Both the position numbers and the translations under genes were made by a program. This document shows, one piece after another, positions 28,502 through 37,312 of a stretch of 64,000 bases of DNA. Each line of letters opens with the position of its first letter. The stretch's first letter is position 1. Below the pieces are notes generated by a model that was given only the letters and a program-made list of their open reading frames with translations, was not told where the DNA came from and did no database searches. The stretch is from Vicinamibacterales bacterium (lineage in GTDB: Bacteria; Acidobacteriota; Vicinamibacteria; Vicinamibacterales; CAVVIG01), in NCBI GenBank assembly GCA_046331345.1, contig JAXLRA010000009.1, positions 69,427-133,426 on the forward strand, read 5' to 3'.

Positions 28502-28646
28502 CACAACGGCAGGTTCGGTCCGTACGGGAGAACCCCGGTCTCCCGTCCAGCACTGCCTCGGCGGAGTCTGCACGCTTAACCCGGTCACCTCATCTTTACG
28601 CAACGACAGCGCCGTTCCGCGCCGGCCTGGGCCATAATCAGCGGCC

Positions 28647-29228
28647 ATGCTGGACATCCAGAATCGCCGCGCGTTCCTGCGCGCCGCCATGGCCGCAGGC
28701 GCGGCCTGGGCCACCGCCGACCTGCTGCAGGTAGAGGACGCACTCGCATTTGCCGCACATCAGGCTCCTGCCACTGGCGCTGCCGTCGCCGCAGCGCTGA
28801 CGCCAGCGCAGCGCGCGGTCGTCGAGACGCTCGTGAGCCGAATCATTCCCGCGGTGGACGGACGCCCCGGTGCCCGAGAGGTGGGCGCGGCGCGCTTCAT
28901 CGATCGTGCGCTCGCCACCTTCAATGCCGGACAGAAAGCGGCGTACGCCGCCGGTGTCGCGGACCTGAATCGCCGCGCGGCAGCCAAGCAGGCGGGGGCT
29001 ACGTTCGACAGGCTGCCTCCGGCGCAGCAGGACGAGGTGCTGCGCGACGTCGAGCAGACCCCGTTCTTCCAGATGGCGCGCTTCGACACCATCGTCGGCA
29101 CGTTCGGCCTGCCCACCTACGGCGGGAACCAGGACTATGCGGGCTGGCACATGATCGGGTTCGACCACCAGCCGCGCTTCCAGGCGCCGTTCGGCTACTA
29201 CGACGCGCAGCCCGCGGGGAGGGACTGA
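28647..29228 (+). CDS. Gluconate 2-dehydrogenase subunit 3 family protein (TAT signal), paralog of 13646..14230
   Basis: TAT signal MLDIQNRRAFLRAAMAAGAAWA and the C-terminal APFGYYD. Confidence 0.7.
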   Translation: MLDIQNRRAFLRAAMAAGAAWATADLLQVEDALAFAAHQAPATGAAVAAALTPAQRAVVETLVSRIIPAVDGRPGAREVGAARFIDRALATFNAGQKAAYAAGVADLNRRAAAKQAGATFDRLPPAQQDEVLRDVEQTPFFQMARFDTIVGTFGLPTYGGNQDYAGWHMIGFDHQPRFQAPFGYYDAQPAGRD

Positions 29229-29230
29229 CC

Positions 29231-30895
29231 ATGATGCAGGAGCCACCGCGCCGCCCAGCCGCGCGCTTTCGTCCGAGCGACGTCGTCGACTTCGTCATCG
29301 TGGGGTCCGGTGCCGCAGGCGGCATCATCGCCAAGGAACTCTCGACCGCCGGGTTCACCGTCGTCGTGCTCGAGCAGGGGCCCCGCCTCACGGAAACCCA
29401 GTTCGATCACGACGAGTTCGGGACGTTCATGCGCAACAAGCTCGCGAACGATCCCGCCCTGCAGCCGCAGACCTTCCGGCCCACGCCCGATGCGCAGGCG
29501 AAGACGCAGCAGGCGCTAGTCTACGGACGGCTGGTCGGCGGCAGCAACGCCCACTTCACGGCGAACGTCTGGCGGCTGCGCCCGATCGACTTCAATGAAT
29601 CGAGCCGCCTCGGGTCGGTGTCGGGTGCCAACTTCGTGGACTGGCCCATCGGCTACGAGGACCTCGAGCCGTACTACACGAAGGTGGATTGGGAGATGGG
29701 CGTGTCGGGCGTGCCCGGCCCCTTCGACCCGCCGCGGTCGAAGCCGTACCCAATGCCTCCGCTGCCGGTGAAATCCTCGGGCGTGCTGATGGACCGCGCC
29801 GCCCAGAAACTCGGCTGGCACTCGCAGCCGGCGTCGATGGCGATCAACTCGCAGTACTACAACGGCCGGCCGGCCTGCCAGCACTGCGGGTTCTGCCTGT
29901 TCTTCATGTGCGAGTACCGGTCGAAGTCGACGTCGATGGCGACGATGCTCCCGGTGGCGGAAGCGACGGGGAAGTGCGAGATCCGCCCGAACAGCTACGT
30001 CGCGAAGGTCGAGATGGGCGCGGACGGCAAGGCCCGTGGCGTGTCCTACTTCGACGCGCAGAAGCGCCTGCAGCTCCAGCGGGCCCGGGCCGTCGTGCTC
30101 TGTGCCAACGGCGGTGAGACGCCGCGCCTCCTGTTGAACTCGCACACCACGCGCTTCCCGAACGGCCTGGCGAACAGCAGCGGCTACGTGGGCAAGCACC
30201 TGATGTTCAACACCTACTACGGCGTCAACGCGCAGTTCGACCAGCCGCTCAACGAGCACAAGAGCGTGCAGAACACCCGCATCGTGCTCGACTTCTACGA
30301 GAGCGATCCGAAGCGCGGCTACTACGGCGGGGGCGGCATCGACGCGCGCTTCGGCAAGTACCCGATCACGTTTGCGCTCGGCGGACTCCCGCCCGGCTCG
30401 CCGACCTGGGGCGAAGGGTATGCGCGCGCGCTGGCGCAGCAGTACACCCACTCGATGTTCTTCGGCTGCCACGGCACGTCGCTGCCGGTTGAGGCGAACA
30501 GCGTCGCGCTCGATCCGGCGCTGAAGGACGCCTGGGGGCTTCCGGCCATGCGCGTCACCTACAAGGATCACCCGGACGACCTGAAGAATGCGGCGTACCT
30601 CGTGGACAAGGCCACTCAGCTGGCCGAGGCCGCGGGCGCATCGAAGCACTGGCCGGATCCGATCGAGCCGCAGACCAACTCGGTGCACCTGCTCGGCACG
30701 TGCCGGATGGGGAACGACCCGAAGACGTCGGTGGTCGACCGGTTCAACCGCACGCACGACGTGAAGAACCTCTTCATCTGCGACGGCAGCAGCCTGGTCA
30801 CGTCGACGCGCGGCCAGCCGACCATGACCATCATGGCCCTCGCGTTCCGTGCCGGCGAGAACATCGCCGGCTTCGCGAAGCGAGGCGAGATCTGA
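29231..30895 (+). CDS. GMC-family FAD-dependent oxidoreductase, paralog of 11963..13630
   Basis: DFVIVGSGAAGG and the GMC C-terminal block HLLGTCRMG...FICDGS. Confidence 0.8.
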   Translation: MMQEPPRRPAARFRPSDVVDFVIVGSGAAGGIIAKELSTAGFTVVVLEQGPRLTETQFDHDEFGTFMRNKLANDPALQPQTFRPTPDAQAKTQQALVYGRLVGGSNAHFTANVWRLRPIDFNESSRLGSVSGANFVDWPIGYEDLEPYYTKVDWEMGVSGVPGPFDPPRSKPYPMPPLPVKSSGVLMDRAAQKLGWHSQPASMAINSQYYNGRPACQHCGFCLFFMCEYRSKSTSMATMLPVAEATGKCEIRPNSYVAKVEMGADGKARGVSYFDAQKRLQLQRARAVVLCANGGETPRLLLNSHTTRFPNGLANSSGYVGKHLMFNTYYGVNAQFDQPLNEHKSVQNTRIVLDFYESDPKRGYYGGGGIDARFGKYPITFALGGLPPGSPTWGEGYARALAQQYTHSMFFGCHGTSLPVEANSVALDPALKDAWGLPAMRVTYKDHPDDLKNAAYLVDKATQLAEAAGASKHWPDPIEPQTNSVHLLGTCRMGNDPKTSVVDRFNRTHDVKNLFICDGSSLVTSTRGQPTMTIMALAFRAGENIAGFAKRGEI

Positions 30896-30910
30896 CCGTG
30901 CGTCCAAAGC

Positions 30911-30963
30911 GTAGTGCCCGGCTTCAGCCGGGCTCCGTCAGCTCCGCCTGAAGGCGGACACTA
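30911..30963. repeat. Compound palindromic (REP-like) element: GTAGTG-[gcccggc ttca gccgggc]-N12-[ccgcc tgaa ggcgg]-CACTAC
   Basis: Read directly from the sequence. It lies between convergent genes and shares the core with 37241..37263 and 10643..10656. Confidence 0.6.
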
Positions 30964-31082
30964 CATTGGCTGTGAACGCACTCTCAGCGAATTGGTGAGT
31001 GGGTTGGTGGGATGCGAGAGGGTGAGGGGCGCCTTCGTCGTATCCCCTCACCCTCGAGTCTTTCACGTCTGCTGTCCGGCGC

Positions 31083-32918
31083 TTACGCCTGGCCGATCGT
31101 GTTTCCGGCGATGAGCCGCGCGAGCATGACGTTCAGGACGCCGCTGCCGCCTTCGCCGGTCACGGCGATGTCGGGCACCAGCTTCACCTTGTGCTCGCCG
31201 AGGATGGCGGCGAGCTGCATGGCCGTATACCCGTCGGCGCCGACGGCCTCGATGCCGGCCTTGTAGGCTTCCGCCTTGGCCGCGCCGACGGCGCGGATCG
31301 ACGCCGCCTCGCCTTCACCCGTGAACCGCGCGCCCGCACCCTGGGCCTCGGCCTGCAGCCGCACCGCTGCCGCCTTGCCTTCGGCCTGCAGGCGCGTCGC
31401 GTTGGACTCCCCACGCGCGTGCTCCGCCGCGGCTTCCGCATTCTGCTTCGCGATCCGGACCGCCTGTTCGGACCGGACGACGTCGCCCTGCATGTTGGCT
31501 ACGGCGGTTTCGCGTTCGAGCGCCTGACGCTTCACCTGCGCCTCCCGCTGCGCGTCGTAGGTCGCCTCGAGCTCGGCGGCGATCTTCCTGTCGGTCTGCG
31601 TCTTCATCAGTTCCACGGGCGGCACGATGTCGCCGATGAGCGTGTCGATGCATTCCACGTCGTAGGCGGCGATGGCCGCCTGGATGTCCGCGAACGCCTC
31701 GCGCTGGCGCGTCGTCCGGGCGGACAGAAAGTCGAGCACCGTGACCTGCTGCGCCGAGTTGCGGAAGTAGTTGCCCACCGTGGGCTGCAGCACGTGATCC
31801 ACCAGGTTCTGCATCGAGCCGACCCGCGAGATGACGCGCGGCGCGTTCTTCATGCCGATGTGGATGATCTGCGACACATCCAGGGTGAAGGAGAAGCCGT
31901 CCTTCGACCGCACGACGATCGACGAGAGCCGCTCGTCGTAATGATGCGCCTCGGTCCTCTGCGCCCAGTTCAGCACGATGTTCGTGGTCGGCACGAGTTC
32001 CACCTTCATGACGCGCGTGTTCACCGGATGCTTGCCGGGGAGCAGCGGTTCCACCCACACACCCTTGCGTCCGCGTTCCACGAGGTCGCCGTGCGTGAAC
32101 GTGTCGCCCGAGACGTCCAGGTGCTCACGGCCGACGTAGCTCACCACGACGCCCACGTAGCCAATCGGGATCTCCGTCAGCGGCACCTGTTCCACCTGCA
32201 CGAGCCAGGGGTTGAGGTTCCAGGAACCGGAGAGCAGCACCTCTTCCTGCAGGCCGCGACAGCCCCCGGCGTCGATGAAGGCCTGCCCGCGCTGGAAGCT
32301 CTCGTGGCCGGCTACGAGGGGACCGGCCAGGTCGCCCGAGGCGATCGGATGCCCATCGAGCATCGTCACGATGCCGACCCGATCGGGCGAGACCTGGTAG
32401 ACGTGCAGGTCGACCGGACTCACGCCGTGGGCCGCCGCATTCGCGGGCGTGACCACCTCGAAGAGCGCCGGGTTGATGCGGTAGGTGCCGGACGTCAGCA
32501 TCGCGATCTGCCGGCCGCGCTCACCACCGCGGCGCAGGAACGCATCCGCGTCCTGGAAGTTGTCGCACGCCACCGCTCTCGCCAGCACCCGTTCGGACGG
32601 CATGGCCGCGCCGTCTGCCGCGACGATCAGCGCCAGTTCGCCGGGTTTCACGACGATGGTCGGCACGTGCTCCACCTTGTAGGCCCAGCGCCACAGCCAG
32701 AAGTGCCAGCCGGGCGAGAGCATCCGGGCCTGATAGCCGGCTTCACCATCGAGCGCGATGATGCGTCCCGGCGCGAGCGGCCGGCCCCAGCGCTTGATGA
32801 CGAGGCCCGACTCGTCCTCCGCGATCACCCGCGTGCCGAGCAGCATCACGATCAGCACGAGCACCTTCAGCGCAACCACGGCCGCGATGACCGTGATCCA
32901 GAACGTCGAGATCTGCAT
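31083..32918 (-). CDS. Flotillin-family (SPFH/band-7) membrane protein with a long coiled-coil Ala/Glu-rich C-terminus
   Basis: 611 aa from MQISTFWITVIAAVVAL (GGAGGAG 6 nt upstream). SPFH domain, then EA-repeat coiled coil. Confidence 0.75.
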   Translation of the reverse strand: MQISTFWITVIAAVVALKVLVLIVMLLGTRVIAEDESGLVIKRWGRPLAPGRIIALDGEAGYQARMLSPGWHFWLWRWAYKVEHVPTIVVKPGELALIVAADGAAMPSERVLARAVACDNFQDADAFLRRGGERGRQIAMLTSGTYRINPALFEVVTPANAAAHGVSPVDLHVYQVSPDRVGIVTMLDGHPIASGDLAGPLVAGHESFQRGQAFIDAGGCRGLQEEVLLSGSWNLNPWLVQVEQVPLTEIPIGYVGVVVSYVGREHLDVSGDTFTHGDLVERGRKGVWVEPLLPGKHPVNTRVMKVELVPTTNIVLNWAQRTEAHHYDERLSSIVVRSKDGFSFTLDVSQIIHIGMKNAPRVISRVGSMQNLVDHVLQPTVGNYFRNSAQQVTVLDFLSARTTRQREAFADIQAAIAAYDVECIDTLIGDIVPPVELMKTQTDRKIAAELEATYDAQREAQVKRQALERETAVANMQGDVVRSEQAVRIAKQNAEAAAEHARGESNATRLQAEGKAAAVRLQAEAQGAGARFTGEGEAASIRAVGAAKAEAYKAGIEAVGADGYTAMQLAAILGEHKVKLVPDIAVTGEGGSGVLNVMLARLIAGNTIGQA

Positions 32919-32963
32919 GTCGTCTCCTCCGCAGCAGTCGGTCGTGACTGCCTGCGTGGAAGA

Positions 32964-32982
32964 GGTGCACCGGCTGGGCCAG
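32964..32982 (-). promoter_or_regulatory. Candidate sigma-54 (-24/-12) promoter cTGGCccagccggTGCAc upstream of the flotillin gene
   Basis: GG and GC elements with consensus spacing, about 45 nt upstream of the flotillin ATG. A sigma-54 enhancer-binding protein is encoded divergently next to it. Confidence 0.35.
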
Positions 32983-33070
32983 CTCAGGCTCGCGGAATAT
33001 GGCCGGAAAAGCATCGGTCGCGATCACTAACACGATTGAAATCGCGGCGTCCCAGTGTTTAAATCGCGAA

Positions 33071-34462
33071 ATGGTCAAGAGCGATGCGGTCGTCTCGTGG
33101 CGGGGCTCCGCCCCGTCGGCGTTGTTTCGCGCGGCGCTGGAGAAGGCAGGCGTCCGTGTCTCCACGGCCGGCGAGCGCGTCGACCAACCCGCCGGCGTCG
33201 TCGTCGTCGCAACGGAGCGAGGCACCTTGCCGCGCCGCATCCCGTCCACCCCGTGGGTGTGGCTCACCGCCGCCGACGTGAGCGACGACGTGGCGACTGA
33301 GGCCACGCTGGCCGGGGCATATGCCGTGGTGTGCGGGACCGACGGGCGTGCGGCCGAGGTCCTGGGCGCGCGCTGCCTCGAACTGGCGGAACCGGAGCCG
33401 GACGTGCCGGAGTCGGCCGACCTCGTGATGGGGAGCGCGGTGTCGCGGCGCGCCCTCTCCCGTGCGGTTCGCGCGGCCCGCACGGCGATGCCGGTGCTCC
33501 TCACGGGTGAAACGGGCAGCGGCAAGGAGGTCATGGCCCGCCTCATTCACAGCTGGTCGCCACGGGCGAAGCGGCGGCTGGTGGCGATCAACTGCTCCGC
33601 GATTCCGAACGAACTGATGGAAGCCGAGCTCTTCGGCTACGCGCGCGGGGCGTTTTCGGGGGCTGTGCAGCGGTACGACGGGCAGTTGATGGCGGCCGAA
33701 GGGGGAACGGTGTTCCTCGACGAGATCCAGGAGACGCCGCCGGAGACGCAGGCCAAGCTGCTGCGCGTGCTCGAGGACCACGTCGTCTCGCGCCTCGGCG
33801 AGAACGACTGGCACAAGGTCGACTTCCGCGTCATTGCCGCCACGAACCAGAACCTGCGCGAACTGGTGGACGCCGGCCTGTTCGGCAACGACCTCTATGA
33901 GCGGCTCGCCACCGTGACCATTCGCCTGGCCCCCCTGCGTGAGCGCATCGACGACCTCCCGCGCTTCGTGTCGCTCTTCGTCGAGCGGTTCGCAAAAGAG
34001 CAGGGGAGCGAGCCGATGCTGCAGGTGGCGCCGGCCGCGATGCGGGCCCTGGCCGCGTACCCGTGGCCGGGCAACATCCGGGAACTGCGCAACGTGATCT
34101 ACGAGACCCTCGTGTTCAAGCGGGCCGGGCGCGAGGTGCTGCTCTCCGATCTGCCACGGCGCATCCTCAAGGGCGGTCGCACCACCTCGGACTCGGCGGT
34201 CGATCGTGAGGCGCTCGTGCGCAAGATCCAGGCGGGCGAGATGAACCTGAAGGCCGAGGTCGCCGCCCTCCAGCGGATGGCCATCGAGGAGGCGCTGGCG
34301 CGCGCCAACGGCAACGCGGCGCAGGCGGCTCGGCTCCTTGGCGAGGTGGGGCGGGGTGTGGCGCGCGACCCCGGGGGCACGCTCCGCGCGATGCTGAAAC
34401 GCATGGGGCCCACCGGGCTGCCCAAGAAATTTCACAAAACCGGTGCGCTCCGGGTAGTTTGA
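33071..34462 (+). CDS. Sigma-54-dependent Fis-family transcriptional activator (AAA+ EBP with C-terminal HTH)
   Basis: Walker A GETGSGKE, the GAFTGA-like loop [13 protein letters not shown], and the C-terminal Fis HTH. Start chosen at Met 33071; the alternative at 32999 is less plausible. Confidence 0.8.
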   Translation: MVKSDAVVSWRGSAPSALFRAALEKAGVRVSTAGERVDQPAGVVVVATERGTLPRRIPSTPWVWLTAADVSDDVATEATLAGAYAVVCGTDGRAAEVLGARCLELAEPEPDVPESADLVMGSAVSRRALSRAVRAARTAMPVLLTGETGSGKEVMARLIHSWSPRAKRRLVAINCSAIPNELMEAELFGYARGAFSGAVQRYDGQLMAAEGGTVFLDEIQETPPETQAKLLRVLEDHVVSRLGENDWHKVDFRVIAATNQNLRELVDAGLFGNDLYERLATVTIRLAPLRERIDDLPRFVSLFVERFAKEQGSEPMLQVAPAAMRALAAYPWPGNIRELRNVIYETLVFKRAGREVLLSDLPRRILKGGRTTSDSAVDREALVRKIQAGEMNLKAEVAALQRMAIEEALARANGNAAQAARLLGEVGRGVARDPGGTLRAMLKRMGPTGLPKKFHKTGALRVV

Positions 34463-34471
34463 TAGGACGAC

Positions 34472-37189
34472 ATGTACAGATCCCACTCCTTCTGGCGCGC
34501 GGCCCGGCTGGCCGTCTTCTCCATTCTTGTGTCGACTTCGGCCTGGGCCCAGGTCGTCGTCACCGGCATCGTCCGGCAGGCGGACGGCGCGCCGGTCACG
34601 GGGGCGACGGTCACCATTTCGCCGCAGGGGCTCTCCACGCAGACCGACGCCAACGGCACCTACCGCATCGAGCAGGTGACGCCAGGAACCTGGTCGCGCG
34701 TCAGCGTGCGGCAGGGGATTGCGAAAGAGCCGCTGGCCTCGCGAGTCGCCCTGATTTCGCTCTCGACCGAGCGGGTCGATATCACCGTCGAGGCCGCGGG
34801 AGCGCTGGGCGATGCGAGCGGCAATGGCGGCATCCGCGGTGTCGTGCTGTCGAGCGACGGGCTTCCCGTGCCAGGGGCCCGGGTCGCGCTCGACGTTGCC
34901 GACGTCGCGACGGTTGCCGATGCGTCGGGGGCCTTCTCGCTGCTCGGACTCAGGACCGATCAGGAAGTAAGTCTCCTGGTCACCGCGCCTGGGTTCAGCG
35001 ACGGGCGGCTGAGCGTGACCGTTCCGAAAGGCGCGCCGGCGACCGTGAACGTGATGCTCGGTGTCGGAGCCACGAGCCAGGCGATCACGACGCCTGGTGA
35101 TGTGCCGATCCTCTCCGCGTCAGGTGCATCCAGCACCATCGCCGTTCGCACGCAGGACGCCGGCACCCTGCCGTCGTTCGAGCAGGGCGACGCGCGGGTG
35201 GTCATCCGGTCCCTGCCGTCCGCCGATGGGACCCAGGACGCGACGGGGGGGCTCTTCGTGCGCGGCGGCCTGCCCGGGAACACCCAGCTCTCGCTCGACA
35301 CCTTCACGCTCTACAACAGCGATCATCTGGCCGGCTATGTCGGCGCCCTGAACCCGGATGCGGTCGACCGTGTCGAGTTCTCGCCGGACGCCCTCGAGCC
35401 GCAGAGCGGCGGACGGCTGACCGGCGCCATCCATGTGGTCGGGAAGGACCGCGAGACCGTGCGCCCGTCGGGCTACGCCGACATCAGCGGCATCAGTGCT
35501 GGCGGCATGCTGAGCGCATCGGCCGGTTCGCGCGCGTCGTTCCTCGTGGCGGGCCGCAAGTCGGTCGACACCGAGCTGTACAGGAACCTGGCCGGGCTCT
35601 TCTCCTCCAACGGCGTGCTCTACCAGACGACGCCAGACTCCGAGTTCGACGACCTGAACGGGAAGGTGACGCTCCGACCCACGTCGCGCGACCGGCTGTC
35701 GGCCACCTTCTACAACGGACGCGACACCATCGACACCATCGGCTCGCTCGGGGTGAGCACCCTGGTCTCGAGTCTCACGTACGTGGCGGGTACCTCGACC
35801 CTGTCGAATGGAGCCGACGGCCTGACACTGGGTGTGAGCGCCGAACAGCGCGGCGAGAACCGGGGCGTCGGCGGCTCGTGGACGCACGTCTGGAACACCC
35901 GTTCGCAGACGCAGGTCACCTTCGGCCGCTCGAACTCGTCGGCGACCCGTGCAGACGCGAACGCGCTCACGAGCGTGCTGACGGATCTGGACTATTCCTA
36001 TGACGTGGGACGCGGCGCGGCCGGAGCGCAGGGGTCGGCGAACGACATCGAGGACCGCACCGCGAGCCTGACGACGACGGTCGGGCTCGGCGCGGCACAT
36101 ACCGTCCTGCTTGGCGGATCGCTGTCGCAGTACACGATGTCGTTTTCCGCCTCGACGTCGGCCGCCGTGAAGTCCACGTCGGGCATCTACACGCCGCGCA
36201 GCGTGACGTTGCTCTCACGCGCGCAGACGGGTCGCACGACCTCCGGCTTCGTGCAGGACACGTGGACGCCGATCGCCGGCCTCACGATCGCTCCGGGGGT
36301 GCGCATCACGCGGTATGACGTGACAGGTGAGACCTTCGCCGAGCCGCGCGTCAGCGCGACCGTCGAACTCCTGCCGGGCCTGCAGGTGAAGGCGGGCTAC
36401 GCGCACGGCAGCCAGATGGCCACGACCGTCCTGCAGGAGGATCGCTGGCAGGGGAACCGCACGTTCTGGACGCTGGCCGATGGTGCCGATGTGCCTGTCG
36501 CGCAGTCCCGCCGGGCCAGCGCGAGCGCCAGCCTCCGTAATCGGTACGTCCTGCTCGACCTGAGCCTCTATCGCAGCACCTTCGACAACCTGACCTGGTT
36601 TGCCCCGCGCCTCACCCCGGGCGACGCGCCGCTCTCGCCGTCCGCCGCATTCTTCGCCGGCGCTGGCACGGCGCGAGGGGTCGAGGTGCTCTTCCAGCAC
36701 CGGTCGCCCAGGCAGAACGGCTCCATCAGCTACACGCTCAGCCAGTCGGAGCAGTTGTTCCCGGGACTCGAGGCGCTGTCGTTCGCCGCACCGGACGACG
36801 AGCGGCACCGGGTGAAAGCGGTGGAGAGCGTCAACCTGTACCGCGGGCTGAACGTGGCCGCCACATGGTGGTTCGGCAGCGGCCGCCCGTACACGCGCGG
36901 GCTCGGCATCGACGCCGTGCTCCTGCCCGTCGGACTCACCGTCGATCGGGTTCTCTTCTCCTCGATCAACACGGGCCGGCTGCCGCGCTACCAGCGTCTC
37001 GACCTCTCGGCGCAGGAGAACGTCACGCTGTTCGGCATCCGCACGACCGTCGGCGCCACCGCCTACAACGTGCTGGACCGGTCGAACGTCGGCTCCTACA
37101 CCTACCAGACGTTCGGCGGGCTCGCGACGCGCGCCAGCGTCAGCTACCTGCCGCGTGCGTTCAACGCATTCCTGAAGGTCGGGTTCTAG
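34472..37189 (+). CDS. TonB-dependent outer-membrane receptor with N-terminal carboxypeptidase-regulatory-like domains
   Basis: 905 aa with a signal peptide, GTV/GVV CarbopepD_reg repeats, plug and barrel, and a C-terminal aromatic residue (..FLKVGF). Confidence 0.75.
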   Translation: MYRSHSFWRAARLAVFSILVSTSAWAQVVVTGIVRQADGAPVTGATVTISPQGLSTQTDANGTYRIEQVTPGTWSRVSVRQGIAKEPLASRVALISLSTERVDITVEAAGALGDASGNGGIRGVVLSSDGLPVPGARVALDVADVATVADASGAFSLLGLRTDQEVSLLVTAPGFSDGRLSVTVPKGAPATVNVMLGVGATSQAITTPGDVPILSASGASSTIAVRTQDAGTLPSFEQGDARVVIRSLPSADGTQDATGGLFVRGGLPGNTQLSLDTFTLYNSDHLAGYVGALNPDAVDRVEFSPDALEPQSGGRLTGAIHVVGKDRETVRPSGYADISGISAGGMLSASAGSRASFLVAGRKSVDTELYRNLAGLFSSNGVLYQTTPDSEFDDLNGKVTLRPTSRDRLSATFYNGRDTIDTIGSLGVSTLVSSLTYVAGTSTLSNGADGLTLGVSAEQRGENRGVGGSWTHVWNTRSQTQVTFGRSNSSATRADANALTSVLTDLDYSYDVGRGAAGAQGSANDIEDRTASLTTTVGLGAAHTVLLGGSLSQYTMSFSASTSAAVKSTSGIYTPRSVTLLSRAQTGRTTSGFVQDTWTPIAGLTIAPGVRITRYDVTGETFAEPRVSATVELLPGLQVKAGYAHGSQMATTVLQEDRWQGNRTFWTLADGADVPVAQSRRASASASLRNRYVLLDLSLYRSTFDNLTWFAPRLTPGDAPLSPSAAFFAGAGTARGVEVLFQHRSPRQNGSISYTLSQSEQLFPGLEALSFAAPDDERHRVKAVESVNLYRGLNVAATWWFGSGRPYTRGLGIDAVLLPVGLTVDRVLFSSINTGRLPRYQRLDLSAQENVTLFGIRTTVGATAYNVLDRSNVGSYTYQTFGGLATRASVSYLPRAFNAFLKVGF

Positions 37190-37191
37190 GA

Positions 37192-37232
37192 AAGGCCGGG
37201 AAGGCCGGGAGAGCCGGGAAGGCCAGGAACCG
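37192..37232. repeat. Four tandem copies of an approximately 10-bp GC-rich unit (aggccgggaa) directly after the TonB receptor stop
   Basis: Sequence gaaaggccgggaaggccgggagagccgggaaggccaggaac. Confidence 0.5.
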
Positions 37233-37240
37233 GCACGCTC

Positions 37241-37263
37241 GTAGTGCCCGCCTTCAGGCGGGC
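37241..37263. repeat. GTAGTG-gcccgcc ttca ggcgggc palindromic element (same family as 30911..30963)
   Basis: Perfect 7-bp stem with a TTCA loop, preceded by the conserved GTAGTG. Confidence 0.6.
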
Positions 37264-37312
37264 TGTCGCCGGTGCACGAGGGCCATCGGAGAGAAGGCGA
37301 ACGGAGGGCTGC

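Noticed and set aside
27847-28734. 295-aa plus-strand ORF spanning the ycaO 5' region and the small ORF
   Set aside because: It is in a different frame from the SD-led 48-aa ORF, antisense to ycaO over most of its length, and Arg-rich.
33084-33300. Searched for a sigma-54 promoter directly upstream of the TonB receptor (34380..34471)
   Set aside because: No GG-N10-GC element with acceptable spacing was found. The only decent -24/-12 match is on the flotillin side.
31191-34486. 623-aa plus-strand ORF over the flotillin gene and 475-aa minus-strand ORF over the sigma-54 EBP gene
   Set aside because: They are antisense to genes with clear SPFH and AAA+ motifs.
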